The position numbers and the translations under genes were made by a program. Positions 40,001 to 51,162 of a DNA stretch of 64,000 nt are shown here, one piece after another. Positions within the stretch are counted from its first letter, which is position 1, and every line of letters begins with the position of its first letter. The notes below the pieces were generated by a model. It did no database searches, was not told the origin of the DNA, and saw only the letters and a program-made list of their open reading frames with translations. This DNA comes from Candidatus Poribacteria bacterium (GTDB lineage Bacteria; Poribacteria; WGA-4E; PCPOR2b), in NCBI GenBank assembly GCA_965215015.1, contig OZ244042.1, positions 5,344,001 through 5,408,000 of the forward strand. The letters are read 5' to 3'.

Positions 40001-40864
40001 GTGAGGTTTGGCGTTGTGACCCACGCTGTGGGACATCATATGTCGTTTGAAAAAACTTTATCGGCGATCAAGGAACTCGGTTTTGATTTCATCTTGTTGC
40101 TTACGAGTCTAGGGGCAGAACCTGTCGGTGCAGAAGGCAGGAGTGAAAGTCCATTCCCCAACGTCCTTGGTTCTGATCCAGAGCATGTCCGCAAGGCGAT
40201 ACGTAACGCCGGACTGGAAATCGGTGCGCTCCATTTTTCCGGTGACATCGATATCGACAGCGATGCGGGGATCGAACCGACAATTGCGGCGTTAACAGAA
40301 TATGCGGCTTACGCATTGGCGTTGGGATGTAAATGCTTAACGCACCCTGTTCCCAGCTGTGGCACGTCTAAGGTGCCTACGGCGGAAAAAGCGACGAAAA
40401 TCAAACGGCTTGCTACCTGCATGAACACGGTGGCAGAGACCTTTGTGGATCAGGGGCTCCAAATTGGGGTTGATATTCACCATACCGCGTGGGTGGAGGG
40501 TTTGGATGATTGCCGCTTATTGCTTGATTCCATGCCCCGCGAGAATGCCGGCATTATTCTCAATATCGGGCATATGACGAGTGCCGAGGGGTACGGGTGG
40601 TTACTTGTTGATGAATATCCCAATCGGATACCGGTTGTGGGCTGGAAGGACCATAGTCTGGCAAAAGATCGTCCGCACCCCATGTGGTCGATTGAGTTAG
40701 GGACCGGACACAGTCCATTTGAGCTGTACATCAAGGCATTCAAACGGAACCCAGCAGCCCGTGTCCATCTGATAAACTGTGAAAATGTTCCAGACGAGGA
40801 GCGACTCGCTATCCTGAAAAGGAGCCGCGAATATCTGACGACGCTTTGGGAGGCAGTTGGATAA
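40001..40864 (+). CDS. Sugar phosphate isomerase/epimerase (TIM barrel)
   Basis: NIGH, WKDH, ELGTG, CE motifs. Confidence 0.8.
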   Translation: MRFGVVTHAVGHHMSFEKTLSAIKELGFDFILLLTSLGAEPVGAEGRSESPFPNVLGSDPEHVRKAIRNAGLEIGALHFSGDIDIDSDAGIEPTIAALTEYAAYALALGCKCLTHPVPSCGTSKVPTAEKATKIKRLATCMNTVAETFVDQGLQIGVDIHHTAWVEGLDDCRLLLDSMPRENAGIILNIGHMTSAEGYGWLLVDEYPNRIPVVGWKDHSLAKDRPHPMWSIELGTGHSPFELYIKAFKRNPAARVHLINCENVPDEERLAILKRSREYLTTLWEAVG

Positions 40865-40882
40865 AGGAGAAAGGGAATTTCA

Positions 40883-41869
40883 ATGTTCAAGGTTGCGATT
40901 CTTGGGTATCGTGCACAGGGGGCGAATCACCATGCGCCATCGTTTGCCAAATTAACCGATTGTCAGATTGTTGCTGTGTGCGACCTCGTTGAGAAACGGG
41001 CGAGGGCGGGCGCAGCCCGGTACGGCGTACCAGCCTATACCAATGTGGACGAGATGCTCGACGCGGAAGAGATTGACATCGTGGATATCCCTGTTGGTGA
41101 GAGCTATCGTTATGCGCTTGTCATGAAATGTCTGAAGCGGGGGTTACATGTGTTCACTGAAAAGCCTTTAGCGGGAGCGGAGGGTCAGTACAAAATTCAA
41201 CTCTCCGATGTACCGATCGCCCAAGAGATGATTGACGAATGGAGACGGCATGACGTACAATTTGGTATCTGTTTCTGTCTTCACGCCTCACGCAATGTAA
41301 AGCGGGTGAAGCAGGTGATTCAAAGTGGTCAACTGGGGCAGCTTCGGCAGATTCAAGCCCGCACCGCTCTGGGGTCTTGGAATCACATCATTGATATGGT
41401 TCGTTTTCTGAGTGGGGAGATTGAGGAGGTATTTGCCTTTGCGGCCGACGCGGAGATGGGAAACAAGGCGGCATGTTTGAAGTTCGAGAATGGTGCTGTG
41501 GGGACATTGGCGGTATCGCAGGACTTGGGGTTGCAGTTTCAAATCAAGTGGATCGGCGAGTTAGGAGAAGCGACCATTGACAACATCGCCGGCGATGCTT
41601 CTTGGCATCTGCACGGTTCGTTTGATGTGAACCATTGGAGCGATGCACGACAGTTGGGTGGAGGCACATATGTCACCCAATTCGAGGATTTAATCGCCGA
41701 ATTTGTCGCCTCTATTAAGGAAGGGAGACCTTTCGTTGCGAACGGTTGGGCAGGGTTGAGGCACATGGAGATTGATGCAGCAATCACGGAATCTATCAGG
41801 TCTGGCAAGCCCATTCCTGTTCACCGATATATGCCGGATAAAGGGCACACAATTTTAACTTTGACTTAG
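40883..41869 (+). CDS. Gfo/Idh/MocA oxidoreductase
   Basis: N-terminal Rossmann fold, HVFTEKP, H..D. Confidence 0.9.
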   Translation: MFKVAILGYRAQGANHHAPSFAKLTDCQIVAVCDLVEKRARAGAARYGVPAYTNVDEMLDAEEIDIVDIPVGESYRYALVMKCLKRGLHVFTEKPLAGAEGQYKIQLSDVPIAQEMIDEWRRHDVQFGICFCLHASRNVKRVKQVIQSGQLGQLRQIQARTALGSWNHIIDMVRFLSGEIEEVFAFAADAEMGNKAACLKFENGAVGTLAVSQDLGLQFQIKWIGELGEATIDNIAGDASWHLHGSFDVNHWSDARQLGGGTYVTQFEDLIAEFVASIKEGRPFVANGWAGLRHMEIDAAITESIRSGKPIPVHRYMPDKGHTILTLT

Positions 41870-41893
41870 ATGACTTCTTGAGGAGAGAAATTG

Positions 41894-42850
41894 ATGGAAT
41901 ATCGCAACTTTGGTATAGCGGGCGTTAAGGTATCGCCCATCTGTCTGGGGGTTGCCTTTCGTGGACGCCCCGATAAAGCAATCCAACGGGCAGTAATCGA
42001 ACGCGCCATCGAGCAGGGTGTCAATTTTATTGACTGTGCGAACACCTATCAGCGCGGAGACTCGGAACGCCTCCTTGGCCAAACTATCAAGGGGCGACGA
42101 GATCAGTTCGTTCTTACCACCAAAGTATGCGAGCCTATCGACCAGGGACCAAATGACCGGGGACTATCACATTTTCATATCATGCGCGAAATCGAAAAAA
42201 GTCTGTCGCGCCTTCAAACAGATTACATCGATATCTACCTGCTCCATCATGTGGACCCGACGACACCGATAGAGGAAACATTGCAAGCGTTGGATAATCT
42301 TGTGCGGCAGGGTAAGGTGCGGTATGTCGGCTGCGCCAACTTTACTGCATGGCAGGTGTGTAAAGGATTGTGGATCAGTGACCGTCGTAACCTGGTTCCC
42401 TTTGTCTGTGTGCAGAACCATTATAACTTGCTTGATCGCTCTCCTGAACGGGAGATTATGCCTTTCTGCCGCGCGGAAGGGTTGGGGATGATGACGTACA
42501 GCCCACTGGCTATCGGCTTACTGACGGGACGATTTCGGCACGGTGTATCACCTCCGCCCGATACACCGTGGGGACAGGGACGACTGGGATTTGAGAAAAT
42601 CATGTCGCCTGATGCTGACCGGGTGGTGGAAACGCTCATCCGCATTGGGAGAGCGCGAGGGAGGACGCCCGCTCAGGTCGCCATCGCGTGGGTGCTATCA
42701 CACCCTGAAATTTCCGCAGCGATGATTGGCCCCGACAGCCCGGAGCAGGTAGAGGAAAATCTGGGGGGTGTCGGTTGGGAATTGGCCGACGATGAGCGCG
42801 CAGCGTTAGATGAAGCGTCGGTGTGGGCACTTGCCGGTGGAAATGTATGA
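41894..42850 (+). CDS. Aldo/keto reductase
   Basis: DCANTY, LQTDYIDIYLLH, GKVRYVG, YSPLA.GLLTG. Confidence 0.93.
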   Translation: MEYRNFGIAGVKVSPICLGVAFRGRPDKAIQRAVIERAIEQGVNFIDCANTYQRGDSERLLGQTIKGRRDQFVLTTKVCEPIDQGPNDRGLSHFHIMREIEKSLSRLQTDYIDIYLLHHVDPTTPIEETLQALDNLVRQGKVRYVGCANFTAWQVCKGLWISDRRNLVPFVCVQNHYNLLDRSPEREIMPFCRAEGLGMMTYSPLAIGLLTGRFRHGVSPPPDTPWGQGRLGFEKIMSPDADRVVETLIRIGRARGRTPAQVAIAWVLSHPEISAAMIGPDSPEQVEENLGGVGWELADDERAALDEASVWALAGGNV

Positions 42851-43295
42851 TGAAGCGAGGGCGCAGATCGTGTAGGGTATGCACCGACCGCCATTTTTTA
42901 TATTTTTATATGATTAGAAGTTACGTACTTGAGTTTGTCGTAACGCAATTTAACCCGCGTCACGATAGACGCTAAATCGCCCGACAGGAGTCGGCATACG
43001 GCAAGAACCCCACCCAACCCTCAAATACCCATACGGTATCTCTTCCCCCTGCTTGCGGGGGGATTGAGGGGGGTAGGCTCAATGAGCTAGAATTGACGGA
43101 CAACCCACCGGGTGTTTGGGGAGGGCAAGAGCGCAAGTGAGGGGAGGCCATGCGGAGCGGGCCTACTCCTGTCAGATTCACCGCCGCCGCCCGATTCATC
43201 GGGTGTTGACCGGCGATGAATCGCCGAACGACAAGGCTTCGAGCGTTCAACTGCGTAAATCCTGTGCTTTTAATCACAACCTATTGAGGTATCCG

Positions 43296-45686
43296 ATGAA
43301 CGTTAAACAGATTCCAATCTTAAACGCCGATGCCGTTGAATTGTCACGCATCAGTCAGGACGGGTTACTTTCGCTGAATCTTGCCGAAATGCAGGCGATT
43401 CAAGCCTACTTTGCTAAGTTGGAGAGAAATCCCACCGATGTTGAACTTGAAACAATCGCTCAAACGTGGTCAGAGCATTGTGTCCACAAAACATTTAAGA
43501 GCATGATTGAGTATGTCGAAAAAGGGCAAGAGACGGAGATGATTGATGGACTGTTCAGAACGTTCATCCAACGGGCGACGCAGGAGATTGGAGCGGATTG
43601 GTGTGTCTCTGTTTTCACCGATAACGCAGGCATCATTGAGTTTGACGATAATCATAATATCGTTTTCAAGGTCGAAACCCACAATCACCCATCCGCGATA
43701 GAACCTTATGGCGGCGCAGGCACGGGGATCGGTGGGGTGATTCGGGACTCACTCGGTACGGGGCTTGGCGCAAAGCCTATTCTGAACACGGACGTTTTCT
43801 GCTTCGGGCTTCCTGATCTTAGCTATGACCAACTGCCCAAAGGTACGCTTCATCCGAAACGGATTTTCAAGGGCGTTGTCGCGGGGGTGCGGGACTACGG
43901 CAATCGTATGGGGATTCCGACAGCGAACGGTGCTATCCTGTTTGACCCACGCTATACGGGGAACCCGCTCGTCTATTGTGGCAACGTCGGTCTAATCCCT
44001 AAAGATCGGTGCGATAAAACGGTGGAGCCCGGCGATCTGATCATCGGTATCGGTGGACGCACTGGACGCGATGGCATTCACGGAGCGACGTTCTCCTCTC
44101 TGGAGTTGGACGATACGTCCGAAAGCCTTGGGAGCGTCGTGCAGATTGGCAATCCGATTATGGAGAAAAAAATTGTCGATGCCCTGATGCGAGCCCGGGA
44201 TCGCCAGCTCTATCGCAATATCACAGATTGCGGTGCGGGTGGATTTTCCTCTGCTGTCGGTGAGATGGGGGCGGAAACGGGTGCGGAGGTGCATCTGGAA
44301 AACATACCGCTCAAATACAAAGCTCTTGAGCCGTGGGAGATTTGGCTTTCGGAAGCACAGGAACGGATGGTTATCGCTGCACCGCCTGAGAATATGGAGG
44401 AATTGAGGGCGATCTGTGAAGCGGAATCGGTTGAAGCCACCGTACTCGGTACATTCACCGATACCCACCGGCTGCGCGTGTTCTACCGGGGAAAGGTTGT
44501 AGCCGATCTCGATATGGATTTCCTCCACAACGGCTTGCCTCGTCAGACAAAAAAGGCAGTTTGGGATCCGCCACGATACCCTGAGCCCCCTAGAATCGGG
44601 GTTGATCCTGCACAACTCACCGAGGACCTCTACCGTATCCTCGCGAGTCCTAACGTTGCAAGCAAGGAGTGGGTTATCCGACAATACGACCATGAGGTTC
44701 AGGGCGGGTTGGTTCTCAAGCCGCTCGTTGGGCGCGAAAATGATGGTCCTGGGGACGCTTGCATAACTACACCTGTCCTTGGCTCTCGAAAGGGGGTCAT
44801 TGTGGCAAACGGCATCAATCCGAAATATGGGGACATCGATCCGTATCATAGCGCAGCTGCAGCGATTGATGAGGCGTTGCGGAACATCATTGCTGTGGGT
44901 GGGAATTTAGAACGGACAGCACTGCTTGACAACTTCAGTTGGGGCAATCCCGACAAACAGGACCGTCTTGGCGGTCTGGTGCGCGCAGCGAGGGCGTGTT
45001 ACGACATCGCCGTAGCCTACGGTACACCCTTTATCTCTGGCAAGGATAGCCTCTACAACGAATACCGCGATACCACCACCGGCGAACAACTTGCGATTCC
45101 GCCGACCCTGCTCATCTCTGCAATCTGTGTCATGCCAGATGTGAGTCAGGCGGTCTCGATGGATGTGAAATCACCCGGCAACCGAATCTATGTTATCGGT
45201 AAGACCTACGCTGAACTCGGTGGATCGCACTACTACGCGATTCATGGCTTCATCGGAAACAGTGCCCCGAAGGTGCGACCCACTGAAGGGAAGCGGACGA
45301 TGGCAGCGTTGAGTCTCGCGATTAATCGGGGGTTGGTACGTTCCTGTCATGACTGCTCCGAGGGTGGGATTGGTGTAGCTGCGGCGGAAATGGCGTTTGC
45401 CGGTGGGCTCGGTATGCACCTCTCGCTCATGAACCTACCCCGCGATGCCGATGTGACAACGGACAGCATGTCCCTTTTTTCAGAGTCTAATAGTCGATTC
45501 GTTGTGGAAATTGTGCCGGAGAAACAGGGAGCGTTTGAGAGGTACATGACGGGTATCCCGATCGGTCATATCGGCACGGTGCTTGAGAGCGCGGATTTCG
45601 TTGTCAACGGCACCGATGGGAACGAAATTGTGAAGACGACGACCGATCGGCTCAAGGAGAGTTGGCAGGAGATGTTTCGATGGTAA
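43296..45686 (+). CDS. purL: Phosphoribosylformylglycinamidine synthase subunit PurL
   Basis: WSEHC.HK, KVETHNHPS, DCGAGG, SEAQERM, SGKDSLYN. Confidence 0.97.
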   Translation: MNVKQIPILNADAVELSRISQDGLLSLNLAEMQAIQAYFAKLERNPTDVELETIAQTWSEHCVHKTFKSMIEYVEKGQETEMIDGLFRTFIQRATQEIGADWCVSVFTDNAGIIEFDDNHNIVFKVETHNHPSAIEPYGGAGTGIGGVIRDSLGTGLGAKPILNTDVFCFGLPDLSYDQLPKGTLHPKRIFKGVVAGVRDYGNRMGIPTANGAILFDPRYTGNPLVYCGNVGLIPKDRCDKTVEPGDLIIGIGGRTGRDGIHGATFSSLELDDTSESLGSVVQIGNPIMEKKIVDALMRARDRQLYRNITDCGAGGFSSAVGEMGAETGAEVHLENIPLKYKALEPWEIWLSEAQERMVIAAPPENMEELRAICEAESVEATVLGTFTDTHRLRVFYRGKVVADLDMDFLHNGLPRQTKKAVWDPPRYPEPPRIGVDPAQLTEDLYRILASPNVASKEWVIRQYDHEVQGGLVLKPLVGRENDGPGDACITTPVLGSRKGVIVANGINPKYGDIDPYHSAAAAIDEALRNIIAVGGNLERTALLDNFSWGNPDKQDRLGGLVRAARACYDIAVAYGTPFISGKDSLYNEYRDTTTGEQLAIPPTLLISAICVMPDVSQAVSMDVKSPGNRIYVIGKTYAELGGSHYYAIHGFIGNSAPKVRPTEGKRTMAALSLAINRGLVRSCHDCSEGGIGVAAAEMAFAGGLGMHLSLMNLPRDADVTTDSMSLFSESNSRFVVEIVPEKQGAFERYMTGIPIGHIGTVLESADFVVNGTDGNEIVKTTTDRLKESWQEMFRW

Positions 45687-45727
45687 AATCCCTTGGTTCA
45701 AAGTTTTTAGTATAGGAGACAATTGAG

Positions 45728-46507
45728 ATGAAACCGAAGGTCCTTATCCTTCGCACAGCAGGTACTAACTGCGATTATGAAACAGAGTACGCCTTTCAAC
45801 TTGTGGGCGGAGAGACATCCCTGATTCACGTCAACCAACTGATTGCCGGTGCGTTCGACCTCATGGATTATCAGATTATGGCGATTCCCGGCGGTTTCTC
45901 GTATGGTGATGACGTTGCCGCCGGCATCCTGTTGGCAAACGAGCTGAGATACAAGCTCTCCGCTTCGCTCACCGCTTATGTCGAATCAGGGCGGTTGATG
46001 ATCGGTATCTGCAATGGCTTTCAGGTACTTGTCCGCGCCGGTTTGCTGCCGCGCATTGATTCGCAGACTTCCCAACAAGCGACCCTTGCTATGAACACCT
46101 CCGCAAAGTTTGAGTGCCGTTGGATCCACTTGGAGACTCAAGAAAGCAATTGCATCTTCACACAAGGGTTGAAACCTCGCATTTATTTGCCAGTTGCCCA
46201 TGCAGAGGGACGGTTCATCGCACCGCAACCGATACTTGATCAGATTGAAACGAATGGACAGGTGGTGTTTCGCTACACTTCAACCAATGGCGGCGCGCCG
46301 GAATATCCTGATAATCCGAATGGCTCCGATCGCCATATCGCTGGCATCTGTGATTCCACTGGCAGGATTTTCGGCATGATGCCTCACCCGGAACGGTTCC
46401 TGACATACCTCAACCATCCCCGTTGGACGCGAGAGAATCTGCCGGAAGAAGGGGATGGTCTAGCAATTTTTCAAAATGCTGTCGATTATGTATCAGGATT
46501 GTCTTAA
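45728..46507 (+). CDS. purQ: Phosphoribosylformylglycinamidine synthase subunit PurQ
   Basis: GTNCD, PGGFSYGD, GICNGFQ, MPHPER. Confidence 0.97.
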   Translation: MKPKVLILRTAGTNCDYETEYAFQLVGGETSLIHVNQLIAGAFDLMDYQIMAIPGGFSYGDDVAAGILLANELRYKLSASLTAYVESGRLMIGICNGFQVLVRAGLLPRIDSQTSQQATLAMNTSAKFECRWIHLETQESNCIFTQGLKPRIYLPVAHAEGRFIAPQPILDQIETNGQVVFRYTSTNGGAPEYPDNPNGSDRHIAGICDSTGRIFGMMPHPERFLTYLNHPRWTRENLPEEGDGLAIFQNAVDYVSGLS

Positions 46508-46758
46508 CCCAAGTTCTTACTAATGGGGAGCGTTACAAACCGGGAGAATATGGACTAAGTTGAGTCAATTCACTGCACCTGCACGAAGATGGCTTGGGTA
46601 TGTCTATCCAAACCGATCAGATTGATAGATAGGTCGCAATGTGGGACTTAAAAAACATGGCACCCCAATTTTCAATGGATAGCAACTTAGGTTATCTTAG
46701 TTCGTATCTCGATGATTCTTGAATCTTGATTAGAATGATTAGAAAGTGAGTTGAATGA

Positions 46759-47814
46759 ATGAACCTTCGCCCCTTTTTGCGAGATGATCTCGCGGATCTC
46801 ACGCCCTACCATGTTGCTCAACCGCCGCATCGAGTCAAGGCGGATGCAAATGAATCCCCCTTTGACCTGCCCCCGGAGATTCGACAGGAGTTGACCGAAG
46901 CTATCGCTCAGCTCAATTTTAACCGCTACCCGGACCCCAGTTCAGATCTACTGCGAACACAACTTTGCGAACAGTTGGGGGTTGATAAGGCAGAAATTGT
47001 CGTTGGCAATGGATCCGATGAGTTGATAGGCAATTTTATGTTGGCGTTCGGGCGGTCGGAAGCGTGTGTCTCCTTTCCAACCCCGACGTTTTCGATGTTT
47101 GGGATCTTGGCGCAGGTTGCACGGCTCAAAGCGGTTGGACTGCCACTTGATGACCGATTTGATCTGGACTCGGATGCATGGAATGCTCATCTCGATGCCC
47201 ACCCGATTAACCTTGTATCCCTATCATACCCGAACAATCCAACAGGCACCAATTTTTCTGCGGAGGCAATCCGCCAAATCCTTTCCCGCCCTGATACGCT
47301 CGTGCTCCTTGATGAGGCGTATTACGAATTTTCCGGGCAGTCCCTTATGGAGGAACGCGAGCAGTACCCCAATCTAGTTATCACGCGGACCTTCTCCAAG
47401 GCGTACGGACTTGCGGGTTTACGGGTCGGCTATGTCATTGCCCATCCAGCAATCATTGATCAGCTGAATAAGGTTCGCCTCCCGTATAATCTCAACCGTT
47501 TTTCACAGATTGCTGCAACGCTTTTGCTCAGACGTCCGGACCGATTGAATCAACATCTGCAACTGATTCGGAGTGAGAGGGAACGGGTTTTTAACGCGCT
47601 GAAAGCGATAGATGGCCTCCACCCCTTTCCAACAGATGCGAACTTCATCCTCTTTCAGACGGATCAGTCCTGCTATAAGGTGTTTCAACGTTTGCTCGAT
47701 CACGGTGTGCTTGTTCGTAATCTGGATCGTCCGGGCCCGTTACAAAACTGTTTGCGGATAACAATCGGGACCCCAGAAGATAATGATATATTTCTTGAGG
47801 GATTGCGGGGTTGA
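46759..47814 (+). CDS. hisC: Histidinol-phosphate aminotransferase
   Basis: NESP, RYPD, GNGSDE, PNNPTG, DEAY, RTFSKAYGLAGLRVG. Confidence 0.93.
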   Translation: MNLRPFLRDDLADLTPYHVAQPPHRVKADANESPFDLPPEIRQELTEAIAQLNFNRYPDPSSDLLRTQLCEQLGVDKAEIVVGNGSDELIGNFMLAFGRSEACVSFPTPTFSMFGILAQVARLKAVGLPLDDRFDLDSDAWNAHLDAHPINLVSLSYPNNPTGTNFSAEAIRQILSRPDTLVLLDEAYYEFSGQSLMEEREQYPNLVITRTFSKAYGLAGLRVGYVIAHPAIIDQLNKVRLPYNLNRFSQIAATLLLRRPDRLNQHLQLIRSERERVFNALKAIDGLHPFPTDANFILFQTDQSCYKVFQRLLDHGVLVRNLDRPGPLQNCLRITIGTPEDNDIFLEGLRG

Positions 47815-47850
47815 AGTTAGTGCACAGGAATACCGGACGGAAGCGGCGGT

Positions 47851-48387
47851 TTGGAGAGGAAGTGGGCAACTCGGATTATTGTATTTTACGTTTCACCTAT
47901 CCCAGAAAGAATTCCAGTGAATATTCCCTCCAGAAAAACAGAGAAGTCTGAACCTAACAAACTGCATCGCCGCTTGCTGCCGTTCTACATGAGGCCTGCC
48001 ATCTTGATAGTTTTTATAATCATTTCGTTGGTGGGACAGCTTACATGGACAACGGCTATGGCAATGTCTGAAAGCGTAGATGTGCGATGGTGCGGTGTTG
48101 GTTTTGCCCTTGGGATTGTTTTCGGTTACATTCAAGGCGGATGGATAGCGCGGATGTGGGCGCGCGATTATTTGCGCGTGCTGAAACGGGAGATCCCATT
48201 TTGGGAAGCGAAGGGGGCCACAGGGACAACCGTTTTCGTGATTCTTGCGCTAGGTATTCCGATTTTGGTCGGGCTCTCCTCAAAGCAGGCGCATGGGCTG
48301 TTGGTGGGGATTCAATCGTACATCTTCGGTTTTATTGGTGGGATGAATCTCGCGCTCTACTTATGGGTGCGGCGGTTGCCTAAGTGA
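47851..48387 (+). CDS. Hypothetical membrane protein (start uncertain)
   Basis: Four hydrophobic segments; follows hisC. Confidence 0.6.
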   Translation: MERKWATRIIVFYVSPIPERIPVNIPSRKTEKSEPNKLHRRLLPFYMRPAILIVFIIISLVGQLTWTTAMAMSESVDVRWCGVGFALGIVFGYIQGGWIARMWARDYLRVLKREIPFWEAKGATGTTVFVILALGIPILVGLSSKQAHGLLVGIQSYIFGFIGGMNLALYLWVRRLPK

Positions 48388-48533
48388 CGCAAATTAGTAC
48401 CGCAAATTAGTACCTAAGTTTATTGGTTCATTGAACTGACGCGCTCTATAGATATAGTGGTGCTCCTCTCTGATAAGATTGGAATTCAAAACTGGGGCGA
48501 TTTTGGAGGCCGGCACGCGGAGCGTGTTTAGTA

Positions 48534-49829
48534 CTATTTTATCCCGTAGACTTTTGCCGGATTGTCATGGAAGGCGGCTTGTGCGACAGCGAGTGCGACG
48601 GATTCTGAAACCAATCCCTCCTGTATCATTTCGGCAAGTGCAATCGCGAAATTTTGACGTGCTATCTTAAGATGTCCATAGACGGCTTCGACATGCTGGA
48701 GGTCATCGCCGAAAGCGATGATTTTGTTATAGGGCACCATTTGGAGCCACTCTCTCAAATCCAACCGCGAACCGATCGGCGAGATAATATGGATCCAGGA
48801 CATGTTGAGGTAAACATTGCTGAACGTCTTGCCGAGCACAGCACCTTCGCGCAAGTAGGGGTAACCGGCGTGAGAGAGATCGAAACGGGCCTCTCGGAAG
48901 GTCTGAAACAGCTCAGCGAGCGGCGCGGGAGTGCATCCTTCCATGCTTCCGTAGTTCCCTGCTCGTATGCCTTGATGAAACTGGATGGTCAAATCGGCGT
49001 CAGAGGCGGCACGACAGCACTCGAAAACGAGGTAGTCTTCCAAAAGCACGCCTTCTTCGGAATCTAGCCCGGCGTACTCTCCTCGCATCAATCCATCAAA
49101 GACCTTTGCAGCGTCCTCCTTCCGACGTGCCGTAAAGTCCATACGGCGATGGTAGGACTGAGACATTTTCACCCCTGCAACGGTTGCGCGCTTCCAATCC
49201 CGACACACCTGCCGAATGACTTCGACGTGTTGGGAGAGGTTTGTAATAGCAACGTCATAGTCCTTTTCAATGGCTTGAACTTGGGCGGCAGAACGAAGCA
49301 TACTGAAACGGTTCAAGCGTGGCAGTGGCAGGAATAGGGTTCGATCCACCTCGATGAGATCTTCCATATTGATCACCGTGAGTGCAATGTTAGATTGTCG
49401 CTGCAGTACGTCGTGGTAGAACCCCGGCTTGCTGTGCTCACGGAGGGCATCTGAAATAGGCGTGACCGTCTCGGTTGTCAAGTCCGGGAATCCAAGCAAA
49501 TCTCGGAACCCTTCAATGATGCACCGCGAATATCCGGTCAAACGGGTGAATCGGAAATACGGCTCAAAAATCTTCCAACGTTCCGAAAGTAGGAGTCCCG
49601 GTTCTAAGGCTTTCTTCATTTGGTTGTTGGTCATTCCTGCCGAGACCAAATCGGAGGCGGGGTAGGCATGTTTGAAGAAGGCAAGGGCGTCGGGTGCTTC
49701 TGCAATGCGGTCTATCTCAGGGCTGATGTGGGAATGGGAGTTAATACACGGAATTTTACAGATTTCGTCAAACAACTCTGTTGAGAGGGTATCCATTGAG
49801 GGTGCCTCCTTGAAGTCTGTTTGGTTCAT
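48534..49829 (-). CDS. Amidohydrolase superfamily protein (uronate-isomerase-like)
   Basis: NSHSH, QFHQG, LSHAGYPY, FGDD metal ligands; start may be 49796. Confidence 0.85.
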   Translation of the reverse strand: MNQTDFKEAPSMDTLSTELFDEICKIPCINSHSHISPEIDRIAEAPDALAFFKHAYPASDLVSAGMTNNQMKKALEPGLLLSERWKIFEPYFRFTRLTGYSRCIIEGFRDLLGFPDLTTETVTPISDALREHSKPGFYHDVLQRQSNIALTVINMEDLIEVDRTLFLPLPRLNRFSMLRSAAQVQAIEKDYDVAITNLSQHVEVIRQVCRDWKRATVAGVKMSQSYHRRMDFTARRKEDAAKVFDGLMRGEYAGLDSEEGVLLEDYLVFECCRAASDADLTIQFHQGIRAGNYGSMEGCTPAPLAELFQTFREARFDLSHAGYPYLREGAVLGKTFSNVYLNMSWIHIISPIGSRLDLREWLQMVPYNKIIAFGDDLQHVEAVYGHLKIARQNFAIALAEMIQEGLVSESVALAVAQAAFHDNPAKVYGIK

Positions 49830-49963
49830 TGGTTGATTAGACTGATGAACCGTATACGTTTTCTATTTTGGCACAAAAACGTTGTAAATTCAACAAAAAC
49901 ATCTTTAGGTGTGGAATCCTCACGTTTTAGCCCCCGATTCCAGTGAATGGTCGACTTGCGCGT

Positions 49964-50698
49964 ATGATTCACCCATATCTTTTGATATTTGCCATTCTGT
50001 TTGTTTCGACTTTTATACATTCGATCCTCGGTTTTGGTCAGGCATTGATCGCCATGCCTCTGTTGGCGATGGTTGTCGAATTGAAAACTGCTACCCCATT
50101 GGTTGCGTTTGTCCTGATGACGATTGCATCCGTTATTCTATTGAGGAATTGGTGCGTCGTAGATTTGAGCACTGTTTGGCGGTTAGTGCTATCGTCATGT
50201 GTTGGCATACCTGTGGGACTGTTTTTGTTAAAAGGTATTCCCGAAGACCTGATGAAAGTATTTCTGGGAATACTGGTGATCCTGTTTAGTCTTTACAATT
50301 TGGCAAACCGTCATCTGAAGATAATCAATCTGTGCCCGGTGAGTGGTGGATTCGGGATCGCTTATCTGTTTGGATTCTTTGCTGGTATTCTCGGTGCGGC
50401 TTACAACACGAGCGGGGTAATAATTACCATTTATGCGACACTTCGTGATTGGTCTCCGGATCGTTTCCGATCCACATTGCAAAGTTACTTTGTGTTTACC
50501 GGTCTTCTGATTTTGGCGAGCCATGGATTCGCTGGCTTATGGACGCCTTATGTGTTATGGTTATATGTGACTTCCTTGCCACTAACTTTGGCGGCGATAT
50601 TCCTCGGCGGCACATTAAACAGATTTATACCCCAGGGACAGTTTGATGGATATGTCAATGCGGGGTTGCTTATCATGGGTTTCTTACTATTCCGTTGA
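49964..50698 (+). CDS. TauE/SafE family sulfite exporter
   Basis: GFG...P motif, GILGAAY..SG, about 8 TM segments. Confidence 0.85.
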   Translation: MIHPYLLIFAILFVSTFIHSILGFGQALIAMPLLAMVVELKTATPLVAFVLMTIASVILLRNWCVVDLSTVWRLVLSSCVGIPVGLFLLKGIPEDLMKVFLGILVILFSLYNLANRHLKIINLCPVSGGFGIAYLFGFFAGILGAAYNTSGVIITIYATLRDWSPDRFRSTLQSYFVFTGLLILASHGFAGLWTPYVLWLYVTSLPLTLAAIFLGGTLNRFIPQGQFDGYVNAGLLIMGFLLFR

Positions 50699-50830
50699 TT
50701 GTATGTACCCGATATTGTTGGCCCAAGTTTTGACCGATACGGGACGGCTGCTAAATCGTTAACACCTCTTGTGCCTCTTGATGAACATGATATTTTTCCT
50801 TATAGCCATCGTTTCTCTCTGAAAACAGAA

Positions 50831-50860
50831 AAAGGGCTGCTTACTCAAACGCAGCCCTTT
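50831..50860. terminator. Probable bidirectional terminator
   Basis: AAAGGGCTGC-ttactcaaac-GCAGCCCTTT between convergent units. Confidence 0.65.
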
Positions 50861-51162
50861 CGTTTCCGATCGAAACTTTTGGCAAAAAAGGTATATATTC
50901 ATATAAAGTAGGACTTACGCAGTTGAACGCTCAACACTAACACCAGAAAAGGTCGCACAATACGCTCTATAACTTGCATCTGACCCACGCAATGTTAGAG
51001 AAACGGTAAAAAAAACAGTCTATCGGAAACTATAGGGCGGGACAAGGCAAGGGCACCCCGTCGTGCAATACGTACCCCCTCTAATCAGGGGGGGCTGAGC
51101 CTTCAGGCCCATCACGTCCCCTATTCTCCCCCTGCTTGCGGGGGGATTGAGGGGGGTGCCGC

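Noticed and set aside
43116-43295. N-terminal extension of PurL (similar upstream extensions at 38333, 37411 and 34276)
   Set aside because: The extensions run through repeat or intergenic DNA; better RBS-linked starts lie downstream
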